Source of the DNA: Minisyncoccota bacterium
Lineage (GTDB): Bacteria > Patescibacteriota > Minisyncoccia > Phycocordibacterales > UBA5272
Assembly (NCBI GenBank): GCA_018063165.1
Contig: JAGOQU010000004.1
Coordinates: 23,039-76,216, forward strand
Direction of reading: 5' to 3'
DNA: 53,178 nt
Of the stretch, positions 17,874-27,636 are shown piece by piece; positions within the stretch are counted from its first letter, which is position 1; each line of letters opens with the position of its first letter. The translations under genes and the position numbers were made by a program. A model generated the notes under the pieces. The model made no database searches. It saw only the letters and a list, made by a program, of their open reading frames with translations, and was not told where the DNA came from.

Positions 17874-18389
17874 TTATTCACCACATATCTTAATAAAAGC
17901 TTCTCGTAATTTAGTTTTATCATGACGAATAAAACTACGGAGACCACTCACAGTATCTGCTTTGTTATACGTAATAATTGTATCTGAAAGTAAATTATCT
18001 CGTATTACCCTTGTGTCATTACCCATATCATCTACAGTAAGAACACCATCACCTTCTTCCATTTTATAATACATAATTTGATCTTCGGACGGTGTACAAT
18101 TATTAATCAAAATAATATCGACAGATCTACCTAAATAGCTTTCTATGTCATACACATAATCACTCACTTTCCAATGTAATGTATGTCCTTGTTTATTTGT
18201 TAAATTAACAGGAAATATAAGTTTTGCTTGTGTGTTACTTATAGCATCTTTACATCCATTAACAATAAGATTTGGTATCACAGAACAATAATAATTTCCT
18301 GGGCCAAGAATAATGTAATCGGCTGACAAAATAGCTTCTTTTGCATGCTTATTAAGTGCTACATCTTCTGTATATTCAACAGAAACCAT
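17874..18389 (-). CDS. yvcK: YvcK/CofD-like (UPF0052, gluconeogenesis factor family), C-terminal half
   Basis: ADYIILGPGNYYCSVIPNLIV and NLTNKQGHT match the second half of YvcK. It is in the same frame as 18399..18854, separated only by TAA-GCT-AAA-GGT. Confidence 0.8.
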   Translation of the reverse strand: MVSVEYTEDVALNKHAKEAILSADYIILGPGNYYCSVIPNLIVNGCKDAISNTQAKLIFPVNLTNKQGHTLHWKVSDYVYDIESYLGRSVDIILINNCTPSEDQIMYYKMEEGDGVLTVDDMGNDTRVIRDNLLSDTIITYNKADTVSGLRSFIRHDKTKLREAFIKICGE

Positions 18390-18398
18390 ACCTTTAGC

Positions 18399-18854
18399 TT
18401 AAATATCAGATGAATTAATACAATGCTCGCCTTTAAGGCAAGAATCATCTTTCATAATCATACGAAGTTCTGCTTTATTTGTAGTTATAGGTATTACTTT
18501 TCCTTTTACTTTTAAAATCTCTGAAGCTATCTCTACGCCAGAACCAAAATCACCAGTTACTTTTTCAAGTGCAGCAAGAAAAATATTTCCAAAAGAGTGA
18601 CCGGTAAGAGTTCCTTCAGAAAATCTATACCCCATAAGACTTCTTACTATATCAGTATGCTCACTAAGAGCAATAAGACACTGTCTAACATCTCCCGGAG
18701 GAAGCACACCTAGCTCATCCCTGAGGACACCAGTAGAACCACCGTCATCTGCCATAGAGACAAGAGACGTGAGAGAAATATTTGGAATATCTTTAAGACC
18801 AGAAAGTATCGTATAACTTCCTGTACCCCCGCCAATTGTGACAACAGACTTCAT
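18399..18854 (-). CDS. yvcK: YvcK/CofD-like (UPF0052), N-terminal half ending at an in-frame TAA
   Basis: MKSVVTIGGGTGSYTILSGLK...SMADDGGSTGVLRDELGVLPPGDVRQCL is the YvcK N-terminus. The stop codon is at 18399-18401. Confidence 0.8.
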   Translation of the reverse strand: MKSVVTIGGGTGSYTILSGLKDIPNISLTSLVSMADDGGSTGVLRDELGVLPPGDVRQCLIALSEHTDIVRSLMGYRFSEGTLTGHSFGNIFLAALEKVTGDFGSGVEIASEILKVKGKVIPITTNKAELRMIMKDDSCLKGEHCINSSDI

Positions 18855-18899
18855 ATAAATACTCTATCATTTTTACACTTAATTCAAAAGAAGTGTATT

Positions 18900-19178
18900 T
18901 TATTTTTTAGAAATATCACCCTTGCTGTCACCTTTAATATCTATCATTTGTATTGGGCTTTGTATTCCTGGAGTCCACTCTGTTTTTATTTCGCCGTATC
19001 TCTTTTCATATTCAGCAACATTGTAGAGAAGCGACTGAGAAAGACGTTTCGCATGCTGAGGAGTAAATACATATGCACATTCATCTTCCCCAGAAGATAA
19101 ACCAAATACAAAAAATTCAGGAGTTGCTCCTATGTTCACATTTTCACAAAATTCTTTAGGTATAGTACGTAAGTCCAT
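18900..19178 (-). CDS. DUF3467-like small protein
   Basis: 92 aa. N...ATPEFFVF........E....V.TPQHAKRL...L..NV.EYEKRYGEI resembles DUF3467, recalled from memory. Confidence 0.6.
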   Translation of the reverse strand: MDLRTIPKEFCENVNIGATPEFFVFGLSSGEDECAYVFTPQHAKRLSQSLLYNVAEYEKRYGEIKTEWTPGIQSPIQMIDIKGDSKGDISKK

Positions 19179-19401
19179 ATATAAGTGTTTTTATTGGTAA
19201 GTATTGTAAGCGTATCACTATTACACACTTTTGTCTCTTTACATAATTTTATTATATATAAAACATCATAAAGAAACCCTTTTGTACAGAGACAAATAGT
19301 TAATATTCTGAGAATGGCTCACAAAAAATTTTTTACAAAGACCCTTTGATCTTTACTACTCAGAGATACAAAACAATCAGGAGATTAGAGAGATTTTGTG
19401 G

Positions 19402-20649
19402 TTACAAAAATAACAAATTCCTATCCTCATCATCCATCTCTTCTCGAACACCTTCTCCATCCTCTTTTCGTGTTGTTGATGCGAGATGAACAATACGCTT
19501 ACCAAACTTCTGCTCGAGAGCATCAATATGTTTATGTATAGTCTCGAACTTGCTCACCCTGTCTGTCTCACCGAACAAATCCATCTGAACTCCATTATTG
19601 TGTATAAGATTAAGTAATGTGATGCCTGTTGCTCTATAAAGAGTTTTTGAATTATATACCGTGTCGAACTTTTCTTCTACAGCTTTAATGAGTAACTCTG
19701 GAGCGTGTGTAGGTGCTGACAATGTAATAGTAGTCTGAACATACCTCATATGCTCATCCTTTATGAAAAAAGAAAGTTTTTTAGGCGTTAACATATAGTG
19801 CCTTGCCTTTGTACAAGCGTCCTCAATATGAAAAGATAATTGTTGTAACAGAAAAGCTTGATTAGATGTTGATGGATGAAATGTTCTTGTTTTTTGTATT
19901 GAAGCGTATTCTGTTTTTATAACTGGATTAATCTGCATACAATACTCACCATGTAACTCCTTCCACATAACATAATATGGTTTTGAGAAATGATCTAGAA
20001 CCCAATCCTTTTCCTTCTCTTTCAAATCATATGCAGTAATAATACCCTTCTTTAACATATGCTCTTTAGTTGCTTTTCCTATCCCCCATATTTTTTCTAT
20101 AGAAAACTGTTTGAGAAATGTATCCTTATTCTCCTCTGTAATAATCGTAAGACCGTTTGGTTTTTCCCATTTTGATGCAACCTTTGCGAGTACTTTATTT
20201 GGAGCGAGACCAATTGTTACCGAAAGGTCAAGTTCTTCTCTTACCTCCCTTTTGATACGTTCCGCAATTTCTTTATATGACATCTTAAGTGGCTTATCGA
20301 GTCCAGTAAGATCCGCAAAGCATTCATCAATACTATATTCCTCTACATCATCTGCATATCTACGAACGATATCAAACATTTTCTTAGAGTAAGCAACATA
20401 TGACTTGTAGTCTCCCGAAAGGATAATCACTTGTGGGAAATTCTTTTTAACAGAATATATAGACATGGTACGGGTGATGCCAAGTGCCTTAGCTTCATAT
20501 GAAAGTGCAGAGACTACCCCTCTCTCCTGTCCTGTTACCACAGGAAGTCCACGTAACGATGGATTCTTTGCAACTTCCACAGCCACGAAAAAAGCATCTC
20601 CATCCATATGTAGTATCGTTTTCTCTTGTACTCTATTTAGATTCGACAT
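19402..20649 (-). CDS. dinB: DNA polymerase IV (Y-family translesion polymerase)
   Basis: ILHMDGDAFFVAVE, SIDECFADLTG and the overall 415-aa Y-family architecture. Confidence 0.92.
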   Translation of the reverse strand: MSNLNRVQEKTILHMDGDAFFVAVEVAKNPSLRGLPVVTGQERGVVSALSYEAKALGITRTMSIYSVKKNFPQVIILSGDYKSYVAYSKKMFDIVRRYADDVEEYSIDECFADLTGLDKPLKMSYKEIAERIKREVREELDLSVTIGLAPNKVLAKVASKWEKPNGLTIITEENKDTFLKQFSIEKIWGIGKATKEHMLKKGIITAYDLKEKEKDWVLDHFSKPYYVMWKELHGEYCMQINPVIKTEYASIQKTRTFHPSTSNQAFLLQQLSFHIEDACTKARHYMLTPKKLSFFIKDEHMRYVQTTITLSAPTHAPELLIKAVEEKFDTVYNSKTLYRATGITLLNLIHNNGVQMDLFGETDRVSKFETIHKHIDALEQKFGKRIVHLASTTRKEDGEGVREEMDDEDRNLLFL

Positions 20650-20652
20650 GCC

Positions 20653-21648
20653 CTATTTAGAAATAATATTAAGAATGAGTTTTATAATCTTTTCTTTATC
20701 ATTCGGATCACTCTCAGCTACGAGTACGGTAATTGCGGTGAGCGCTTGCGGGGTGAGCTTGTTACTATCGAGCAACTTTGTTTCTTTGAGGAACCATATA
20801 AATGCAAAAGCACCTGATCGTTTGTTACCATCAGTGAACGGGTGATTCTTCACCATAAAATATAATATATGAGCAGCCTTTTCTTCAACTGTTGGATACA
20901 TATCCACTCCACCGAATGATTGCATCACATTACCAACAATTCCTGAGATAGACCCCTTACTGCGTTCATTGCCAAAGACTTCTGTCGTCTCACCTCTTTC
21001 GATGAGTGCATTTCTGAGTTCATTCAAATTTTTGGAAACTTTGTCCACACTAAGCGTCACTTTCTTTTTTGTAAGCTTTCCTTCTGGTAACAGTTCTTTA
21101 TCATATGCATCGAGCGAAAGCCATGTATCCGCGAATAATGAAATAAGTTCTACAGCATCCTTTTGGTTAACTGCGGAACTTTCTGGTAGTAATTTTTTAA
21201 CATCATCAACAATAGAAAGAAAGTGGGCATAGTTTTTTACTATTCGTTTCTTATCCACCACGAAACCATCTACAATGTAGTTACGTAATGTTTTTGTTGC
21301 CCACTTCCTGAATTCAATTGCTACTTTTGAATTTGTTCTGTACCCAACCCCTAAAATTACATCAAGTGAGTACAATGTTACAGGTTTATCTGAAATAGCA
21401 TTATGCATTTTTTGCATATTGCTTTTTTCTTCAATTTCCCCGTCTTTAAATAAATTTTTAATGTGACGAGAAACAACAGACTGGTCCACACCAAAAATAC
21501 TAACAATTTCTGCTTGTGTAGCCCACACCGTCTCACGACCAACATCACCTTTTAATTCAATTGCCCCAGACTTAGCTTGATAGATAACAAGATTATTTTT
21601 AATTGGAGCTTTTACACTATTTGTCTTAGTTGTATTTTTTTTCTTCAT
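20653..21648 (-). CDS. RhuM-like N-terminal domain fused to a Fic/Doc (death-on-curing type) domain
   Basis: N-terminal half: IVSIFGVDQSVVSRHIKNLFKDGE...LDVILGVGYRTNSKVAIEFRKWAT (RhuM-like). C-terminal: HPFTDGNKRSGAFAFIWFL (Doc-type variant of the Fic motif). Its stop lies 3 nt upstream of the dinB start. Confidence 0.75.
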   Translation of the reverse strand: MKKKNTTKTNSVKAPIKNNLVIYQAKSGAIELKGDVGRETVWATQAEIVSIFGVDQSVVSRHIKNLFKDGEIEEKSNMQKMHNAISDKPVTLYSLDVILGVGYRTNSKVAIEFRKWATKTLRNYIVDGFVVDKKRIVKNYAHFLSIVDDVKKLLPESSAVNQKDAVELISLFADTWLSLDAYDKELLPEGKLTKKKVTLSVDKVSKNLNELRNALIERGETTEVFGNERSKGSISGIVGNVMQSFGGVDMYPTVEEKAAHILYFMVKNHPFTDGNKRSGAFAFIWFLKETKLLDSNKLTPQALTAITVLVAESDPNDKEKIIKLILNIISK

Positions 21649-21740
21649 ACTTTAATTGTACTCTTCTCATCGCTAGCATTCTATAGAACAAACAGTTAAC
21701 ATCTTTTTGTGCTTTTGACTATACTTAGTATACTTAACAA

Positions 21741-22949
21741 ATGAAACCAAAATTTAACATTGATCAATTTATAAATGAAATCGAGATAACTGACACCAAT
21801 CAGAGCGAAAGAACAAAAGCGATTGAGCGAGAAAAAGTTGTAACCCTCTATAGGAAACTTTTAGACAAAGTTATCGAATGGGCAAATAAAGAAGGTTTAG
21901 AAATATCCTCAGTTAAACGCTTAGGAGGTGGTTTTGTAAATGCTGTTATTTTAGTAGAAACTGTTGAAGGTAAATCTGTAGTAGTAAAAACATTTGAGGA
22001 CAAAGAAGATGCCTCTAATAACAAGAAAGCTAAAACTATTATCGACACTATATCCACCTCAGATGAGCCCATGTTAAGTAAAGTGCTTTCTTGGTTAGAT
22101 GAAACAACTATTGTGACTGAAAAAGTTGAAGGAGAATCTATTAGAAAAAAAATGGAAAAACTAAACAGTGATAGCATTTCTCAAAATGAAGCTAATGGAT
22201 ACCTTAAAACACTTGGGGCAATGCTTGGTAATTTACACGAAAGAACGGAACAAGGTGCTAAGGAATATGATACATCTTTATTTGAACATGACAGAGAAAA
22301 GATTAAATCACATTTGAGTCGTTACATCCCTGACCCAATATCCATTTCGGTTTCTTTTGATAGTTTGTGTGAAATGATCGATAGAAACACTGAGCCGGAT
22401 TATATATCATACGTCCACGGAGACGCACACGTAGATCAGTTTTTTTGCGCACCAAATGAAGACGTTGTAACTATAGTTGATTATGATTCAATGCGACAAG
22501 GTGACCCAATGGCAGATCTAGCTAGAACTGTGAGCAGTATACGAGCGTGGTCAAAGAAAATTAACATGAGTCAAACAAAAGAAAGTGATCTTGTCAGGTC
22601 GCTCGTAAAAGGATACCGTGAAACACGTGTAGAAAAAATAGACAGTGAAGATTCTGAATTTGATTATATTAAAGTTATTTGCTACGAAATCAGACTCTAT
22701 TTAATTGAAATGCCTCAGTTCAATGAATTAAGAAACAAAATCAAAGCAAAACTTGTAAACCCTGAGAATCAGTTATTTTCTAGTGAAAAAGCTTTGTATA
22801 CGCAAATTTCAGCAAACCCAACAATATTAGAATCAGAAAACTTTAGTATTTTTACTCAGGACGAATTAAGTAAAATGAAACACATGTGTGATGTATTAAA
22901 CCGTATTAATGAATGTATTGAATATTTAATCCATATTGAAACGGACTAA
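21741..22949 (+). CDS. phosphotransferase (APH/choline-kinase-like protein kinase fold) family protein
   Basis: GGGFVNAV nucleotide-loop-like motif, HGDAHVDQF catalytic-loop-like motif and IVDYD metal-binding motif. Confidence 0.7.
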   Translation: MKPKFNIDQFINEIEITDTNQSERTKAIEREKVVTLYRKLLDKVIEWANKEGLEISSVKRLGGGFVNAVILVETVEGKSVVVKTFEDKEDASNNKKAKTIIDTISTSDEPMLSKVLSWLDETTIVTEKVEGESIRKKMEKLNSDSISQNEANGYLKTLGAMLGNLHERTEQGAKEYDTSLFEHDREKIKSHLSRYIPDPISISVSFDSLCEMIDRNTEPDYISYVHGDAHVDQFFCAPNEDVVTIVDYDSMRQGDPMADLARTVSSIRAWSKKINMSQTKESDLVRSLVKGYRETRVEKIDSEDSEFDYIKVICYEIRLYLIEMPQFNELRNKIKAKLVNPENQLFSSEKALYTQISANPTILESENFSIFTQDELSKMKHMCDVLNRINECIEYLIHIETD

Positions 22950-23220
22950 TACTTTAAAAAAGTATAGTATGAAATTCGAAAATTATAGAAATGAATTAGT
23001 AGAAGAGTTACGTAAACTAAGACAGGAAGGTTCTAACGATGATGCTAAAAATCAAGAAGAGGAAAAACTTTCAACAAGATAATGACTTCAATATTATCGA
23101 AACATCTGAATTGAAATAGTACTCTATAAAATGTGTTTTATGTACAAGGACTACTTTCTAACTGTTAAAATATTCATCACTCTCAATTTCAACTCAGTAG
23201 AATAAATAGCTAATAACACA

Positions 23221-23248
23221 AAAAAAAGCGAAACCTTGTAAGCTTCGC
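23221..23248 (-). terminator. weak terminator after recJ
   Basis: GCGAA...TTCGC is a short stem, followed on the minus strand by T8. It lies ~100 nt after the recJ stop. Confidence 0.35.
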
Positions 23249-23346
23249 GTTTCTCTGTTTTATACATTCTTTTGAAAAATAGTTTATATATCAAAATGCA
23301 TTTTCATTCCTTTTAGTATAGCAAATATATTGTACAGCTATTATAG

Positions 23347-25101
23347 TTACACAATATCCTTGATTCGAAGTCGTAGCTCCATCTTTCCTCCAAAATAACT
23401 TTTTTCAAGATGGGCAAGAAGTGTATGTGGTTTCTTTGCTTTTTCTTCAAGATCTTTTGATGCGAAAAAGATGATTGCTTTCATGGGAGCGAAAGGTGTA
23501 GCCTTTCGCTCATATATCACTTCAAGATGTTCCCCTTTCTTACCGAACCATCGTACAGACTGAGCTACAACATTGGTAAATGCAAATAGTGGCTTAGGAT
23601 TACCAACACCAAACGGAGCAAGAATATCAACTGCATTGTGTGTCGTAAGTGTTATATCATCAAAAGTAAGTTCTGTATCTGGAACAAATGTCTCATCAGC
23701 AATTTGTTTAACAAGAATATGCTTATACGCTTCATTGAGCGCATGAGATAATTCATCAACCCTATCTAATGTACAAGAAAACCCACCAGCCTGTTCGTGT
23801 CCACCAGAATGAGTTATGATACCAGGAAACATATCTTGCACTTTTGTCATAAGCTCAACAACGTGCACTTCACCTTTTGAGCGACACGATCCCTTCACTG
23901 TTGTTTTATCGTCACCCTGCCCCCACACAAATGTTGGCTTCCCTGTTTCATCAATTATCTTTTGAGCAACAAGTCCGAGTATTCCAGGACCCCACGACAA
24001 ATCTCCTACAGCAACTACATCCGAATCAGCAGATTCGCGGCTTGGCCGTAAACTATTAAAATCAATAGCTCCAGTTATATCCTTCACACTCTCTTTTCTT
24101 TCCATATTCATAGCTTCCAAATCTTCTACATACCCTTGTGCTTTCACAGAATCTTTCTCATACAACATATGATGTGCTTGTATTGGATCACCCATTCTTC
24201 CTGCTGCATTGATGCGTGGTGCTATAGTAAAAGCGATATCTTCTTCTGTAAGATTTTCTTTTGATACTTTCTGCATACGAAATATCTGATTAAGGCCGTG
24301 ACGTTTTGTTTGTCTAAGTACTTTAAGTCCAAAATATGCAAGTGCCCTATTTTCCTTTTGAAGTGGTACCATATCAGAAATAGTTGAAATGCCAACAAGA
24401 TCAAGAAGCCATTTTTCATATCCTTCTTTAAAGCCAGAAACTGTTTTTATAACTTCAGATAATTTTCCTTTTTTTGTTTTATTTTTTTTAAGTTCATAAA
24501 GTAAAGCACATACCAATTTCCAGGCAACAGCACAACCACAAAGCATATCATCATGATATGTACACATATCTTGCTTTGAATTAATCACGGAAACAGCATT
24601 AGGTACCACTTGCCCACCCCCATCTTTATGTATTGGTAAATGGTGGTCAGTAACAATAACATCAATACCTATACTTTTTGCATATGCAACTTCATCAATA
24701 TTCGTAATAGCTAGATCCACAGTAATAATAAGACTAACACCAGCACTTTTAAGCTTGTCTAATGCGTCAGTATTAATTCCATACCCTTCATTATGTCTAT
24801 GAGGAACATATATCAGTGCAGAGTACCCAATGTCATCAAAAAAAGTACGAAGTAGAACACCCCCTGGAATACCATCACAATCATAATCACTATATATAGC
24901 TATTTTTTCTTCAAGCTTAATCGCATCTATAACTCTTTTTACAGCCACATCCATTCCATATATATCAAAAGGATCACCAATATGTTTTTCATAAGACGGA
25001 AACAGAAAATCCTCAATATCTTTTATTTCTTTTATGCCACGTTTTTCTAATAACAATTTTGTTAATGGATGTAATGTTTCAACAGAAAAAGCTTCTTTCA
25101 T
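23347..25101 (-). CDS. recJ: single-stranded-DNA-specific exonuclease RecJ
   Basis: DHH-family motifs YSDYDCDGIPGG, VDLAITN and VIVTDHHLP, plus a DHHA1-like GGHEQAGG. Confidence 0.93.
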   Translation of the reverse strand: MKEAFSVETLHPLTKLLLEKRGIKEIKDIEDFLFPSYEKHIGDPFDIYGMDVAVKRVIDAIKLEEKIAIYSDYDCDGIPGGVLLRTFFDDIGYSALIYVPHRHNEGYGINTDALDKLKSAGVSLIITVDLAITNIDEVAYAKSIGIDVIVTDHHLPIHKDGGGQVVPNAVSVINSKQDMCTYHDDMLCGCAVAWKLVCALLYELKKNKTKKGKLSEVIKTVSGFKEGYEKWLLDLVGISTISDMVPLQKENRALAYFGLKVLRQTKRHGLNQIFRMQKVSKENLTEEDIAFTIAPRINAAGRMGDPIQAHHMLYEKDSVKAQGYVEDLEAMNMERKESVKDITGAIDFNSLRPSRESADSDVVAVGDLSWGPGILGLVAQKIIDETGKPTFVWGQGDDKTTVKGSCRSKGEVHVVELMTKVQDMFPGIITHSGGHEQAGGFSCTLDRVDELSHALNEAYKHILVKQIADETFVPDTELTFDDITLTTHNAVDILAPFGVGNPKPLFAFTNVVAQSVRWFGKKGEHLEVIYERKATPFAPMKAIIFFASKDLEEKAKKPHTLLAHLEKSYFGGKMELRLRIKDIV

Positions 25102-25153
25102 GTATATGAGAGTATAGCAAGAAATACTTAATAATAATCTGTTTCTACAAAAA

Positions 25154-25175
25154 GGCGGCTTCTTACGAAGCCGCC
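25154..25175 (-). terminator. terminator after pyk
   Basis: GGCGGCTTC-ttac-GAAGCCGCC, followed by a T run on the minus strand. Confidence 0.75.
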
Positions 25176-25204
25176 CAAATTCTTTTAATTATCACCAATT
25201 GAAA

Positions 25205-26614
25205 TTACTGTATATGAAGCACAAAAAGCATATTAGTTGACCCAGAAACCTTAAACGGCACACCAGCAGTAACTACGACAGTATCACCCTTCTTTACAAG
25301 TTTCATACTTTTCAAAAGTAAAGGTATTTCATGTATAGCATTATCAAATCCAACGATATCAGGAACAAGTAATGGCACAACACCACTAGAAAGAGAAAGC
25401 TCTCTTACAACGTCAAGATGCGATGTAACAGCAAGCACAGTATGACTTTTTGTAAAACGAGAAATAAGTCTAGCTGTTTCTCCTGACTCTGTAAGCGCAA
25501 CAATAAATTTTGCACGTAAACTGTCTGCAACAGACACCACAGCATCACTAATCACATTTCCAACCTCAACGTCACCATCGTACGCTTCACTAGCTTCCAT
25601 TTCCCCTTCTATAGAAAGAGCAATTTTTGTCATCATCGATACAGATTCTACAGGGTATTCACCAAGAGCACTTTCTTCTGAAAGCATAACTGCATCTGTT
25701 CCGTCAAAAATAGCATTCGCCACATCAGACACTTCAGCGCGTGTTGGCACAGGACTATGTATCATAGATTCGAGCATTTGCGTCGCTGTAATAACAGGCT
25801 TTCCAAGATAATTACATCTAGCAATAATTTCCTTTTGATAAATAGGCACTCTTTCTGCGGGTACTTCAATAGCAAGATCGCCACGTGCAACCATAACACC
25901 GTCTGTTGCTTCAAGTATTTCAGTAAGATTATCCATTGCTTCTTGTGTTTCAAGTTTTGAAATAACCATCACATGTTTCTTTGCTTTTTTGATACTTGTT
26001 TTAAGTTCTATTACATCACTAGAAGCTCTCACAAAAGAAAGAGCAACCATATCAACACCAAAAGAAAGTCCCGCTTGTAAATCTTTCTTATCTTTATCTG
26101 TAATAGATTTCACAGAAAGATATGCTCCTGGAACATTAACACCTCGTCTTGGTTTGAGTTCGCCCCCTACAATAATCTTACATGTAATCTCGTTTCCTAC
26201 CACTTTTTCAACTTCAAGTTTTTTCTTTCCGTCATCAAGCATGATAATAGAACCTTTTTTTACTTCCTGAGGAAGTTTTTCATAATTAATATATATTTTC
26301 TTATCATTCCCAACAATCTTTTCTGAAGTAAGTATTATTTTCTTACCAGCTACAATAGTAATAGTTGGTGTTTCATATTCCCCAGTTCTTATTTTAGGTC
26401 CAGCTAGATCAAGCAAAATTGCAACCTCTTTATTTTTATTCTTTGCAGCACTTCTTATATTACCAATAACTTTTTCCAAAAAGGTATGATCACCATGACT
26501 CATATTAATACGAGAAACATTCATACCAGCATCAATAAGTTTTTCAAGCATTTCTATATCCATACTGTTTGGACCGATCGTTGCGACTATTTTTGTTTTT
26601 TTGTTATCAATCAT
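25205..26614 (-). CDS. pyk: pyruvate kinase
   Basis: KTKIVATIGPNS, MNVSRINMSHGDH, MVARGDLAIEVP and the overall length of 469 aa. Confidence 0.95.
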   Translation of the reverse strand: MIDNKKTKIVATIGPNSMDIEMLEKLIDAGMNVSRINMSHGDHTFLEKVIGNIRSAAKNKNKEVAILLDLAGPKIRTGEYETPTITIVAGKKIILTSEKIVGNDKKIYINYEKLPQEVKKGSIIMLDDGKKKLEVEKVVGNEITCKIIVGGELKPRRGVNVPGAYLSVKSITDKDKKDLQAGLSFGVDMVALSFVRASSDVIELKTSIKKAKKHVMVISKLETQEAMDNLTEILEATDGVMVARGDLAIEVPAERVPIYQKEIIARCNYLGKPVITATQMLESMIHSPVPTRAEVSDVANAIFDGTDAVMLSEESALGEYPVESVSMMTKIALSIEGEMEASEAYDGDVEVGNVISDAVVSVADSLRAKFIVALTESGETARLISRFTKSHTVLAVTSHLDVVRELSLSSGVVPLLVPDIVGFDNAIHEIPLLLKSMKLVKKGDTVVVTAGVPFKVSGSTNMLFVLHIQ

Positions 26615-26673
26615 ATTAATTATTTATTTGTATAGTAAAAAGTTAGTATATCAAAGATATGTCATATATAATA

Positions 26674-26703
26674 AAAACCACTTTATTTTCATAAAGTGGT
26701 TTT
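26674..26703 (-). terminator. terminator after small secreted-protein gene
   Basis: AAAACCACTTTAT-tttc-ATAAAGTGGTTTT. Confidence 0.65.
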
Positions 26704-26746
26704 AAAACTTAAAAAAAGAAAAAGGATAATTCTTTTCTGTTACTAT

Positions 26747-27013
26747 CTAGCTTGGCAATTTAACACATGAACCCATTAAATGGGCTGATGACCCAGATCC
26801 AAAAATCATAACAAAATCAACAAGTCCATCCTTAGTTTCATGTAAAAAACAATACTGAGGACCGTTTATTTTTTCAGCTTCATCCTGGAGTTTAACTTCC
26901 TTAGTAAAACCCATCCTGATAGCTTCTTGTCTGGTTATAAGAATATATCTTGCAGCCAAACTTTGAGAAACAAGAGAGAGAAGGATCAATAAAACAAAAA
27001 AGAACTTTTTCAT
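26747..27013 (-). CDS. small secreted protein, hypothetical
   Basis: Internal start MKKFFFVLLILLSLVSQSLAA (signal peptide) is preceded by GGAGG at 6-nt spacing. The longer track ORF to 27253 has a TTG start and no signals. Confidence 0.55.
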   Translation of the reverse strand: MKKFFFVLLILLSLVSQSLAARYILITRQEAIRMGFTKEVKLQDEAEKINGPQYCFLHETKDGLVDFVMIFGSGSSAHLMGSCVKLPS

Positions 27014-27636
27014 ACAAAACCTCCAAAAGTTAAACAAAAAAAACTCTGGTATAAGCTTAATTTCAAACTTTTTCATTTCAAAAAAATCAATTGTATCAAC
27101 CTCAATATAACATGTGTCAATAATATGCTTTGTTAAAACTTGTCCAGTAACTTCAAAAAAAACATTTTCATCCCAAAGACTAGAACACCCTTCTTCTGGG
27201 GATACAATAACTACATGTATCTTATCTCTAGATTCACAATACCTTGCTGGCAAGGTTTCAAAGAGTAATTCTGTTACGTCTTTTTTCTTTTATAACATGG
27301 GCTATTTTGACCATATTTCATGAGTCCCTCTTTTTTTATATTACTTAAACATCCTCTATCTTTCTACCACATTACTTACCACTATGTCAATACACTGTCT
27401 TGTTTTCACAAAATCAAAGAAATCATTAAAATCATAATAAGCTTCTGCAATCCCCTTATCATCAGAAACTTTCATTTTTTAACAAATGACATTTTAAATT
27501 CATCAACAAATGACCATTTATAAAAAATCAACTAGCTACATACTATTAATAATTTTTATTATATTAACCCCTTAGGTTCTTTATAAAAGACAAATTACTA
27601 TAAGGCTTATAAATCAATGTCTTTTATAAAGGACAT

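Noticed and set aside
812-18401. Alternative genetic code (TGA or TAA reassignment), suggested by the in-frame TGA at 812-814 and TAA at 18399-18401.
   Set aside because: All long housekeeping genes (recG, recJ, pyk, nusA, rny, cca and others) are full length under the standard code and end at TAA or TAG at the expected positions. Two isolated stops are better explained as mutations.
22969-23082. 37-codon ORF (MKFENYRNELVEELRKLRQEG...) just after the kinase-like gene.
   Set aside because: It has no RBS, is too short, and I cannot recognise any conservation. It is not reported as a feature.
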